Source: Octopus vulgaris (taxonomy: Eukaryota). From it: a stretch of DNA of 64,000 bases. Location of the stretch: contig OX597830.1 in NCBI GenBank assembly GCA_951406725.2, positions 34,224,001 through 34,288,000 of the forward strand, given 5' to 3'. The translations under genes were made by a program, and so were the position numbers. Of this stretch, positions 1-11,994 are shown one piece after another; within the stretch, counting starts at the first letter, position 1, and every line of letters begins with the position of its first letter. A model generated the notes under the pieces. That model did no database searches and was not told the DNA's origin. It saw only the letters and a program-made list of their open reading frames with translations.

Positions 1-109
1 CTACTGTCAGCATCATCATCATCCTCATCATTGCTGTTGTCATCATCCTTATCATCATTATTGTCATCATCATCGTTGTCATTGTCATCATCCCCACTAT
101 AGTCATCGC

Positions 110-156
<47 letters not shown>

Positions 157-1000
157 CTATCTTCATCATCGTTATCCTCCTCATCGTCGTCATCATCGTT
201 TTCCTTGTCATTGTTGTCATCAACATTATAGCTAAGCATTGTAATTGTTTTAAAAATTATTAACAGAGCTTGACAGTCATTTCTTTCCTTCTCCCTCTTC
301 TTCATCCTCCGCTTCCTCATCATCATTATCATTTATGTTGTCATTGCCATAATCTTCAAAGCTGTTATATCATACTCACTCGAAATATCGTCATTAGACA
401 TCATCATTACCATCTCCCAGAGTATTATCGACAGCATTACATCATCATCATTATCATCATTGTCATCACCATTTTGGAAAAGATGATAATCAAGTAGAAC
501 TGCCATTATGACCTTGAACATCATCATCATCATTACTGTCATCATTATCGTCGTCGTCTTCATCATCATCATTGTCATCAGCATCGTCGTCGTCGTCAAC
601 ATCATCATCAGCATCATCATCATCAGAGTCATCATCATACGTATCAGCATCATCAGCATCATCATCAAGATCATTATCCCCATTGGCTGTTTTATGCTTT
701 CACCCATCATTGCTAAACACATCTGTGCTGTCATCATCATAATTGTCATTGCCATCATCATCAACATTAGTATCTTCATTAACAACATCATCATCATCAT
801 TATCTTCATCATCATCATCCTCATCATCGTCATCGTCATCATTGTTGCTGCTGCTGTCATCACCATCCTCCTTTTCTTTGAGATCATTATTAACTCTCAG
901 CTGTATTGCATTTTTACCCATCATTGCTAAACTCATCTTTGCTGTCATCATCGTCATCATCATCATCATCATTTTCTTCATCATCATTGGCATCATCATT
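1..1000. repeat. Degenerate (ATC)n/(GTC)n microsatellite field with an internal ~60-bp duplication
   Basis: Long CATCAT runs. A segment resembling 'gctgt...tgc..tt.acccatcattgctaaac.catct.tgctgtcatcatc' occurs at ~690-740 and ~900-950. Confidence 0.9.
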
Positions 1001-1344
1001 ACCCTTTCACCTTCTCTTTGGCAAAAGGTTTAATGATACAGATTGAAAAAAAAAAAAACCAAAATGAAAGAAAAAAACTTGCTGCATCAATAACAAAAAT
1101 CTTCAAATTAAATTGCTATCCCCACTAAAAGAAAAACAAAAAAAAAAACAAATAAAGCAATAATTAAACTAGTGAAAAATCTAAAAAAAAATATATATTA
1201 TTTTACAATTAAAAATGTCAACCAGACATTTTAAAATCAATTTGAGAAATTTCCAATAAAAAACATTAAGAATGAACAGCAGTAGTAGTAGTGAGCTGGA
1301 CTGCATTTATTGTTTGTTGTTGTTGGTGTTATTGTTATTATTAC

Positions 1345-1397
<53 letters not shown>

Positions 1398-2131
1398 TGA
1401 TGGGTTTTTGTTTCAAATCTAATCCAGGAAGCAGTCTTTATCAAAACAAACTTTAGAGTTGATCAGTTCCTATTGCTAAAATCACTTCCATTTTCTGTTA
1501 ATTAGTCTGTTTTATAAAAGATGTTTGGTTTTGGAAAAATTTTACTACCATTCTCTTGTGGAAAATGGTAAATGGAACCTTCATTCATTCTTTGATTAAT
1601 TCTCATCATAATTAGTCGGCATTCTTCATTGCTGTGTCAACTGACAATTAGCAATTCGATGTTGCCCAGAGTTTGGTGAGAAGGGAAAAAAAAAATTTTA
1701 ATAAAAAATTCTTTAAAAAAATAATGGCGTGAAAGAAAACCAAAACAATAAAATAAAAAATTCAAGAAATTAAATGGTAAAGAAAAATAAAATAAAATAA
1801 AAAATAAAACAAATATACATAATTTTTTCTTAACAAATTATAACAATAATGATGATGAGAATAATAATAATAGAAATAGTGGTAATAATAATGATGATGA
1901 TAATGACAGTGATGAACAAAATTTAATTAAATGGTATATGTGGATGTAAAATGTTTGCGGAAGCTAGTACATTACTATGTGTATGTATGTGTTCATGTGT
2001 ATGTGTGTCTGCACACATATATATATATGTATGTGTATATATATATATATATATGTATGTGTATATATATATGTATGTGTATATATTTATGTATACATAT
2101 ATATGTATGTATACATATATATATGTACCTT

Positions 2132-2166
<35 letters not shown>

Positions 2167-2849
2167 ACATACACACATGTACATGTGTGTGAGTATGTGC
2201 TGTTGACAAACTGATTGAATCAATAGAGATCCATTTAATTCAAAATATTTTTGTTGTACACAATCACATTAGAGATAATTAACACTCGTTAATCATGAGT
2301 TATTCATCAAGTCTGACCTCACTCGTTATAAAATTGGCTTCACTCTCGCTTCATTTTTCACTTTTAATTTTACGTTTCTATTATTTGAATACACTGTCAG
2401 TACTTGTATGTATGTATTCATGGATGTATATGTGTGTGGGTGTACGATTGCGCATACGCAAATATATATATATATATGTATAGGCGTGTGTGTGTGTGTG
2501 CGTTTTTAAAAACGTGTGTTTGCATTTGTATTATATATGTGTGTATCTGTATTCATCTGGGTACAGATATGTGTGTATTTCTGTCCATGTTCAAATACTT
2601 GTATAGATATATCAATATGTGTATTTTTACTTGTCTGTACACACATGCACACACTTAGACATACACACCTACTCATATATGTATGAACACACAGGGAAAC
2701 AAATATATGTAGGTAGGTATGTATGGGTGTATATGTTTGTATATGTGCAGTTGTATGACAGGGAGTCAGCGTATACCAGAAAAATGATTTAAACTTTCGA
2801 TTTCATTTATTCATAAGCTCATATAATCTATCTATCTATACATATATAT

Positions 2850-3240
2850 ATACGTATATGTACATATATATATATATATATATATATACATTTATATATA
2901 CATATATGTACACATACATATATATATTTATATACGTATATGTACATATATATATATATATATACGTTTACATATACATATATGTACATATATATATATA
3001 TATACGTATATGTACATATATATATATATATACGTATATGTACATATATATATATACGTATATGTGTATATATATATATATACGTGTATGTACATATATA
3101 TATACGTATATGTACATATATATACGTATATGTACATATATATATATATACGTATATGTATATATATATATATGTACATATATATATATACATATATGTA
3201 CATATATATATATATATATATACGTATATGTACATACATA
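2850..3240. repeat. AT-rich minisatellite, unit about TACGTATATGTACA(TA)n
   Basis: About a dozen copies of tacgtatatgtaca separated by variable (TA)n. Confidence 0.9.
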
Positions 3241-3870
3241 TATGTGTATGAATATATGTGTGTGTATGCATATGTATGTGTGTATATAGCTTCATTGAAT
3301 CATTACAATCTCCCCTCAAAACACACACACATACACATGTACAAAATAATTTACTTTGCTTTGAAAAAGAGCTAATTAAACTATTACAAGCCTTGATATT
3401 AACTAGCATTTCAAGTACATAGAGAAGGACATCCTATCTTTTTATTTTTCAAGTTCACTTCCATAGAGATAGATGCAGGACAATGTATTTGCTTGCAAAT
3501 GAAGTTGCTAATGACGAAAATGAGAAGGAAGAGGGCGAGGAAGAAGGAGGCGGCGGATGAAGAAGAAGAAGAGGTAGACGACGAAGATGAAAGATAGTGA
3601 AATATTTAAAGGAAAACTGAAAAACAGTTGAAATATAGTTTAAGAGTTCATAGCATATTATAATGATTAGAGCAGCATTGATTGGAATAAAGAAACAATG
3701 GTTAATTTCTCTCTTCTATTCCTCTTTGCTACAATTTCTTGATGTTAAACAGAACTTTCTATCAATATTAAATTTTCCTAAAAGTGGGAAGATTTGTACA
3801 ACAATTGGGAGTTAATTAGTCAGGTTGGCTAAAGCAAAGTGCTTCCAAACACACACACACACATGCTCTT

Positions 3871-3905
<35 letters not shown>

Positions 3906-5059
3906 TATACTCACACACACACACATATATACTCACACACACACGAACATGCACTCACAGACACTATATATGTATGTATGTATGCATATGCACACACTCA
4001 GACACACTATATGTGAGTGTGTTTGTGTGCATGTATTTGTGTGCGCATGTGTGTGTGTGTGGTATAATATTTATATCATATATAAGTTGTATGTATGTGT
4101 GTGTACGCAAATACACACACATATAAACCGTAGTATTCTTTAATTAACATAGTATTTAATAATGTTTTATATTCAAAACCTGACCCATATAGGTCACATA
4201 ATATATATGCACATATGTATATATATATATATAAGCATATATAGCCTTAAATATATTCATATGTGTTTGTATGTATATATGTATGTATGCATGTATACAT
4301 GCATACACCCATTTATATATCATACCTATTAATAAATGCAATTTAGCATAGAATTTGTTGGAGTAAAGAAAAATAAGTTCATGATGAATCCTAGAAAATG
4401 AATGGAATAGAATCAGAGATAGTAGTCTTTGTACCTGAGAAAGCAATAAATCAGAAATCAAATGGTACCCAAGTTGACTCACTTTACAATTATGTGAAGA
4501 ATATCTGTTATCTGTCAATGTGAATTCATTCGTTTGAACTAACTGAATTACCTGCCCCTGAATTACCAGTACTAGTAATGTAATTCTTAGACAAAATCAA
4601 TATGATGTAGTATGTGATAAAGGCTGTTCCACTAAATTACAGGTACACTCCATGTGATGAGTTTTCATATATTTTCTGTCAACTCAGTTTCATTCACAAG
4701 TTGTGGATCAATGTTAGGCTACAGAAAATGATAATTGTCCATGATGCCACACAGTAGGATCAAACCCAGCACCTCTTAGTTGTGAATTAAGCTTCATAAT
4801 CAGTATTGATTCCATTTCAAAGGACATGATGTAAACCCTTTAATTTTAAAAATATTCATTATTTTTCTCTTTTCATTAGTCTAATCAATGGACTACAGCC
4901 ATGCTGGGTAATCAATTTTCCTCCATTAATTTCAAGATTACTCTATCATTCTCTTTTTATTTTTGCCAGACTGCTAAGTTATGGGGGAACTTAAACCAAC
5001 ACAAGTCATCGATATTGAAGACAACAGCCAAAAGCTCAAACACGTGTGTGTGCACCCGC

Positions 5060-5760
5060 TCAAAGCACCCTGTATTCAAATGCACCTTGTATTTAAATGA
5101 CATGCATGCAGTCAGGATTCCAATGACACATTCACCTTGTACTCAAAGATACCCACTACCCCATTTTCTAAAGCTATACACCATACAGGACTGAAACACC
5201 ACATACCACCCTGTAAGCAAATATCACCCACCACACGGTATGACATACATACAACCTGTATTCAGTTGACACATACCACCCTGTATTCAAATGATACTCA
5301 ATTCATCATCATCATCACCATCATCATTTAATATTCATTTTCCATGCTGGCATGAGTTGGATGGTTTGACAGGGCCTGGCCAACCGAAGAGCTGTACCAG
5401 GCTCCAATTGCCTGTTTTGGCCTGGTTTCTACAGCCGGATGTCTTTCTTAATGCCAACCATTTTATAGTGTTCTGGCTGCTTGTCATGGATGTTTTTTAC
5501 ATGGCACCGACACTTGTGCATTTTAAATGGCTCTTGCACAGGTGCTTCTTTTTGCATGGCACCAGCACCTGTTCTCAATATGTGGCACTGGAACAGGTGC
5601 TCTTTTACATGGTACCGGCATAGGTGCATTTCATGTGGCACCAGCACCACCCATATTCAAAACACACCCACTACCCTGTATTGAAATGCTACACATCACC
5701 AAGTATGTAAATGAAATATACCCCATGAATTCAAATGACATGCCTACTCTGTATTCAAAA
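5060..5760. repeat. Diverged ~24-bp minisatellite (consensus about ACACACCACCCTGTATTCAAATG) interrupted by an RTE tail at 5303-5648
   Basis: Recurrent caccctgtattcaaatg-like units at ~5067, 5083, 5133, 5207, 5253, 5277, 5672 and 5745. Confidence 0.7.
5303..5648 (-). mobile_element. 5'-truncated RTE-clade LINE 3' UTR with about 7 tandem GTGCTGGTGCCACGTAAAAAGCAC-like units and a (GAT)n tail
   Basis: Homologous to the 3' UTR attached to the RTE ORF remnant at 29815-31060. Confidence 0.75.
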
Positions 5761-5934
5761 TATAAATTTCAAACTCAATTGAGATTAGAACACAAAACAA
5801 GATAACTTCATACTGCCAAGCAGTTTTGTCTGATGCTCTACCGATTTTGCTCCTCCACTACCAACACCATCATCACCAACGACAACCTTAGTCAGTTTCA
5901 TACTAAGAGAGTCTTTAATCAACTATATTAGACA

Positions 5935-6095
5935 CAGGAGTGGCTGTGTGCTAAGTAGCTTGCTTCCCAACCATATAGTTCTGGGTTCAATCCCATTGTG
6001 TGGTAACTTGGGCAAGTGTCTTCTACTGTAGCCTCAGGCTGACCAAAGCCTTGTGAGTTGATTTGGTAGACGGAAACTGAAAGAAGCCCATTGTG

Positions 6096-6132
<37 letters not shown>

Positions 6133-6345
6133 ATGTTTGTGTGTCTGTGTTTGTCCCCCTAACATCGATTGACAACCGATGGTGGTGTGTTTACATCCTG
6201 TAACTTAGCGGTTCGGCAAAAGAGTCCAATAAAATAAGTACTAGGCTTCCAAAGAATAAGTCCTGGGGTTGATTTGCTCGACTAAAAGCAGTGCTCCAGC
6301 ATGGCCACAGTCAAATGCCTGAAACAGGTAAAAGAGTAAAAGAGT
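5935..6345 (+). mobile_element. tRNA-derived SINE family A, full length
   Basis: Box A TGGCTGTGTGCTAAG, box B GGTTCAATCCC, body CTTGGGCAAGTGTCTTCTAC, internal (TA)/(TG) tract, (AAAAGAGT)n tail; at least 9 near-complete copies in the window. Confidence 0.9.
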
Positions 6346-7159
6346 CCTGCTAAAAATAGCAGCCAATATTTTTTTTTTTCCTTCTCTTCAATCAAACCCT
6401 TATGTGATGATAAAAGATGGTTAAGACTTTTTCCAGTGGCTGGAACTCGGCAATACTTAAAACAAAATTAATGTGCGAAAGTCATATTTTTAATGCTTTT
6501 CATCATTTCATAAGTGTTAGCAATCAAAAGAAGACCCTGAAATACAACAACAACAACAACAACAAAAATTATCACATTGACAGCATCATTTTGATAAATT
6601 GAACAAACAGAAAACGACGATCTGGAAACACATTCCCCTACAAATAGTCTTAGTAATAATGTAGAACTTGCTAGTTTTTTTATTTCTTTATTTCTTCATT
6701 TTTCATTGTTGACCTTTTGCCATTTTTTTTTTCCCTTGCTGTACACCTTATTTCTTTTAGTGAAATGCCAAACTCAATTGGAAATAATTATTTTTTGAAG
6801 AGATTCTTTTATAAAGTTAAATTTCATTGTTTTGTATGAATCTTTTACACATACGTACTTACATACATACATAAATACATACATACATACATACATACAC
6901 ACATACATACACATATATATAAACTTAAGTGCAGAAATATGAAGGAGGAAAGGCATCAAACATATGCACCTATTATTAATGCACCATTATAATTATGAAC
7001 AGTGTGATTATGCTTGTTGTTGTTGTTGTTGTTGCAATGGTTGTTAAATGCATAACCTAATACATAAAGCGATGTGTTATTAGGAGAAAGCAAAAATAAT
7101 AAAAGATAGCAAATAAGAAAAAAACAGCAACAACAAAAACTGTAATAACAGCAATGACA

Positions 7160-7225
<66 letters not shown>

Positions 7226-7295
7226 GTAATAATAATGATAATAATTTTTTGAAAAGAGAAATTGAAATTTAATTTTTGTCGTCGTTATTGCTTTG

Positions 7296-7348
<53 letters not shown>

Positions 7349-7583
7349 TTTGTGTGTGTGCGTATGTGTGTGTTTAGAGAGAGAGAGAGAGAAAGGTGTA
7401 TGTGTGTGTACATATATGTGTACATATAAGTATATATATATATATTCTACTTCACATGCCTTACACTATTTCATAATGAAAACTTTATTCACAAAAATTG
7501 AAAGGATGTTTTTCCTCTTTTATATGAGTTTAATAAATATATAAAAATTACAATGCAAAAGTGGTTAAACAGAATGCTTGATG

Positions 7584-7614
<31 letters not shown>

Positions 7615-7734
7615 TGCACTACTACTACTACAACTACCAATAATACTAATAATGATAAAAGAAATTTTGATAAAGATGATGGTTATAAGTATTAGTAATA
7701 ATAATGGTAAGTAATAACAGTAATGACTGCAACA

Positions 7735-7800
<66 letters not shown>

Positions 7801-8212
7801 TAACAATAATAACAACAATAATAATAATAAAAATAATAATAATAATGATGATGATGAGGTTGGTGAGGCTGTTACTCTTGATGATGAGCAAGAAAATCCA
7901 TTAAGATGTTGAAATTAAATTTAAAAAGATAAAACAACACAAACACAGAAATGTGCACACAAACACATACACACAAGTGTGCATACTAACACACACACAC
8001 ACACACTAGCATATATACATACAAACAGATGCAGCTATGAATAAGTAATGAAATAATTGCTTTGCTTTGTTATTTTGTGTGTTTTGTGTGTGTGTGTGTG
8101 TGTGTGTGTGATGTTTTTGATGTTAATGGTTAAGAGTTTATAGTTCATTGTTCTTGTTTGCTGCAATTGTTGGCATTACTATTATTATCATTATTATTAT
8201 TATTATGAAATA

Positions 8213-8865
8213 GGTGGTGAGCTGGCAGAATCGTTGGCACACCAGACAAGATGCTTTGCTGTATTTTGCCTATCGATAATGTTCTGAGTTCAAATTCCAC
8301 CAAGGTTGACTTTGCCTTTCATCCTTTCGGCGTCGATTAAATAATTAACAGTTATGCTCTGGAGTCACTGTAATCGACTTAGTTCTTTTGTCTGTCCTTG
8401 TTTATCCCCTCTATGTTTAGCCCTCTGTGTGCAATAAAGGAATTATTATTATTATTATTATCATTATTAAAAAGGTGTTGAGCCGGCAGAATTGTTCGCA
8501 CACCAGGCAAGATGCTCTGCTACATTTCACCTGTGGGTACGTTCAGAGATCAAATTCCACCAAGGTCGACTTAGCCTTTTGATTCTTTCATGGTCAATAA
8601 AATAAGTACCAATCAACTAGACCCCTCTCCCAAATTTCAGGCCTTGTGTCTATAGTAAAAAGGGTTATTATTATTATTAAAATGGTGAGCTGGCAGACTC
8701 ATTAGCATTCTGTGAAAAGCACTTATCTGTCTTCATGTTCTGAGTTCAAATTCCGCTGAGGTTGGCTTTGCCTTTCACCCTTTTGAGGTCAAGAAAATAA
8801 GTACCAGTTGAGTACTGGGGTCAATGAAATCAACTATCCCCACCTCCCTCATAATTTCAGGCCAT
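8213..8865 (+). mobile_element. Three head-to-tail SINE family B copies (Nin/Deu-domain-like)
   Basis: Head GGTGAGCTGGCAGAA...GAGTTCAAATTCC and central GACTTTGCCTTTCATCCTTTCGGGGTCGATAAAATAAGTACC, separated by (ATT)n. The Nin/Deu resemblance is from recall. Confidence 0.9.
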
Positions 8866-9186
8866 CGTAAGAATGGTCAGTATGAATAGACCAATTCTGA
8901 GGATACACCTGTGAAAATTTAAAGGAAATATAAAAGGAGAAAGGGGCTCTCTACCCACCTTTTGACCAGGCTCCCGTGGCTTTTATGGGTTTTTCCACGA
9001 GTAACCTTTCAAAGCGCCTCCCCCTATTCGGAGTTTTAATTGTTACTTACATTTCGTTGCTATCCTGCTTTTGTACTTGGACTTTTGTTTCAAACGGACA
9101 AAACCCTTTGTAACTTTCGTCCTGTGTTTTGTCCCTTTATGTTTTAATTGATTTTTGTTAGCCCTTGTGGCCAATAAACGAACGAA
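8866..9186 (+). mobile_element. LINE 3' end, probably L1/Tx1-like
   Basis: ORF-like end RMVSMNRPILRIHL*, a T-rich UTR, and a terminus AGCCCTTGTGGCCAATAAACGAA resembling one SINE B tail. Confidence 0.5.
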
Positions 9187-9192
9187 TTATCA

Positions 9193-9248
<56 letters not shown>

Positions 9249-9253
9249 GATAA

Positions 9254-9461
9254 GGCGGCAAGCTGGCGCAATAATTAGCATGCTGGGAAAAATGCTTAGC
9301 AGCATTTCGTCCATCATTATGTTCTGAGTTCAAATTCTGCCAAAGTTGACTTTGCTTTCATCCCTTTCTGGGTCAATAAAATAAGTAACAGTCAATCACC
9401 GAAATTAATGTAATTGACTAATCTGCACACCCCAAAATTACTGACCTTCGGCTAAACTTTG

Positions 9462-9510
<49 letters not shown>

Positions 9511-9608
9511 TTTGCTTTTCATCCTTTCGGGGTCGAGCACTGGAGTCAATGTAATCGACTAGTCCCCTATCTCAAAATTTCAGGCCATGTGCCTATAGTA
9601 GAAAGGAC

Positions 9609-9610
<2 letters not shown>
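9254..9610 (+). mobile_element. SINE family B, one full and one partial copy
   Basis: Family B head and central domain inside an (ATT)n/(ATC)n tract. Confidence 0.85.
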
Positions 9611-9656
<46 letters not shown>

Positions 9657-10049
9657 CATCATCATCATCATCAATATCATCATCATTATTATTATTACAA
9701 TGAAAATGAGTCAGTAATTTAAAGACTTACATAAAATGTATGAAATTCATAACTCACTTTGGCATCAAGACCTGACAGAAAATATAAATTGATCACAAAA
9801 GTTTTCGTTACAATAGCGAGGAATGTGAGGCGGAGGTGCGGGTGCGGAAGGAGGGTGAAGATGGATGGGGACGGGGTGAACGGACGTGGGAGAGTTTGGA
9901 GACATAGTGGTGCATAAGCTCAAAAAAATGGTAAAGGAAAAAAAAAAAGTGAGATGCTTATGAAATAACAGAAAGACATCTTTTTATTTCTAATTTTTCT
10001 TTATTTAATTTCATCATTTTTGTATTTCCCTTTCATTCACCCTCTCTTG

Positions 10050-10115
<66 letters not shown>

Positions 10116-10226
10116 CTATTTTCACTAGTTTTTATTTTTCGTTTTATTTATTTATTTGCTTATGTATTGATTTATCTATTTAGTTATTATATTAACTTTT
10201 ATTTTCTGTTAATAATTATTTCGTAG

Positions 10227-10327
10227 CTCTTCCCTTTCTCCTTCTTCTTCTTCTTCTTCTTCTTCTTCTTCTTCTTCTTCTTCTTCTTCTTCTTCTTCTT
10301 CTTCTTCTTCTTCTTCTTCCTCTTCCT
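10227..10327. repeat. (CTT)n polypyrimidine microsatellite
   Basis: About 25 CTT units seen directly. Confidence 0.95.
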
Positions 10328-10671
10328 ACTACCCCCACTCTCTTCCATCTTCCTCTCCTATCATTTTCTCGTTATTAATCACTGTAAGTTGTTAATATAG
10401 CAGTTACTGTTATTGTTGCTGTTGTTGTTGCTGCTGTTATTGTAATGACAATAATGATTTATTACACAAGGTCAACAGATTTGTAGGAGAGGTATGTATA
10501 GATGGTGGAAAAACAAGCTTAGGCAATAGGATCAACCCAAGCATATGACTGGTACTGATTTTATCAGTTCTGGAGAAGAGAGATGTCCTAGCAGAATTTA
10601 TTTAAAATTCTGTTATATTATTATTAAGCCTGGTATGAAGTAAGTTTAGAACCAAATCAACAGACTTGTCA

Positions 10672-11630
10672 GCAGTGCCAGACAAGCCAGGCTGCCAACT
10701 TGCCCCCGATAGCAAGTGGGCCCCTGCACCATTAAAATCCATATATGGGGGCCCATGTTAGTATCTAAGGGGTCCATTCCCTTAAGTTTGAGAATCTTTT
10801 ATTCTCTCTTGGAAGAATGCATTATTTCAGACTGGCTGTGTTTGTAGACAGTTGAAAAGAATACTTTTAACAAAAATTCTTGGTAAAGAAATGTATTACC
10901 ATGGTCAGACAGCTTTCATGGAAGAATAGAAACAAATAGCACCGCTTGTGAGTTTGTAAAAGCCAACACACATTTTAAAAGAAGTTAAAAATTTACTAAC
11001 ACAATCAAGAGCATTCCATCCACAAGCAAGTAAGAATCTGTTACCAAAATTAATCAGGGCACCCCTCAAAATTTTCATCACTGTATGCAGTGATCACATG
11101 CATTAACCTACAGCTTCCAAAATTTTTCAGGTGGATTCTTAGTTTTGATAAAGAGTAGAAAACTCCCTCAACCTTTGGCAATTCATCTTTAGTTATAATT
11201 ATAATAAGGTCGTTGGTATCAACTGTTTACCATTTTGATGTTTGGTGTATTTTCTTTGATCTCTCCTCAGTAAATATAGTGTTCTATTTGTCCACCTCCA
11301 GGCCATTCGACCAATTTAGTAAAATTTTATTTATTACTGGTTCAGGTAATCATTAAACTCAGATGTTTCATGGAAATAGGCAGCTCTTTTTTCTGGATTT
11401 TATCCATTATAATCCTCTTTGGTCAAAGTTCATTCTATGCTTTTGTCTCTTCTTTTATTTTATTTTCTTACTGACCTCAATAGCCTTCCATCTTTCTCTT
11501 GGTTCTCTTTCTTGTCCAACACTACCAGACAATGGAATGAAACTGTTGCTTGGTGCATCTAGCTGGCAGTGTGCTGCAGGGGATCTCATCTTCTCTGTTC
11601 TTGATCCCATAAGTACCTAGTGCTAGTGGC
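10672..11630 (-). pseudogene. Highly decayed hAT-type transposon fragment (TTF-type zinc-finger region)
   Basis: Frameshifted minus-strand pieces WLL.., SGAICFYS, FFTKNFC and YKHSQSEIMH resemble the ZnF_TTF pattern WL..xxFCxxC..GFxNWK..KHExS..H. CAGTGCC...GGGCCC-rich end near 10672-10780. Confidence 0.4.
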
Positions 11631-11699
11631 AGTCATAACGAAACTATTCTCTACTTATGTTCTGGCCATCTTCAGAGGTACAAGATGGTAATGCTAATG

Positions 11700-11850
11700 A
11701 TAATCCTTTCTGTTACAGGGGGCAAGTCAATTACACTGACCACTGTACTTGGTTGATACTTGATTTATTAACCCTAAAATGATGAAAAGTAAATTCAAAC
11801 CTTGGTGACATTTGAACTCAGAACTTAGAGCTGAAAAAAAGCAACAAAGT
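11700..11850 (-). mobile_element. Degraded SINE family B
   Basis: tttgaactcagaac (box B reverse complement) plus a decayed central domain. Confidence 0.6.
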
Positions 11851-11994
11851 TTTAAATTTAATGACAAAATTATTAACTTAGTAATTAGCTTTTCACTAGT
11901 ACTTCAGTAAAACAGAACAGGACTTGAACTCAGAATATAAAGTATAAAATACATAGTGCCAGGTGATTCACTCAGTACTCTACCTCCTCGGCTA

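Noticed and set aside
333-1033. Met-, Ile-, Asp- or Ser-rich ORFs, including an apparent acidic protein
   Set aside because: All frames are translations of a degenerate (ATC)n microsatellite, with no splice or domain support.
3510-3597. Acidic/basic reading MTKMRRKRARKKEAADEEEEEVDDEDER
   Set aside because: Purine-rich low-complexity (GAA/GAG) tract, short and stop-bounded.
5670-5690. TACCCTGTA, matching the start of miR-10
   Set aside because: The match stops after 9 nt, there is no hairpin, and it is part of the minisatellite unit.
5935-6005. tRNA-like A and B boxes here and in other SINE heads
   Set aside because: They continue into SINE bodies and lack a complete cloverleaf, so they are not tRNA genes.
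8897-8930. CTGAGGA...GAAA hammerhead-like string
   Set aside because: No stem I or GAAAC..GUH arrangement; it coincides with the LINE ORF end.
11640-11682. Minus-strand CTGAAGATGGCC core
   Set aside because: No matching stem II partner or GAAAC half downstream.
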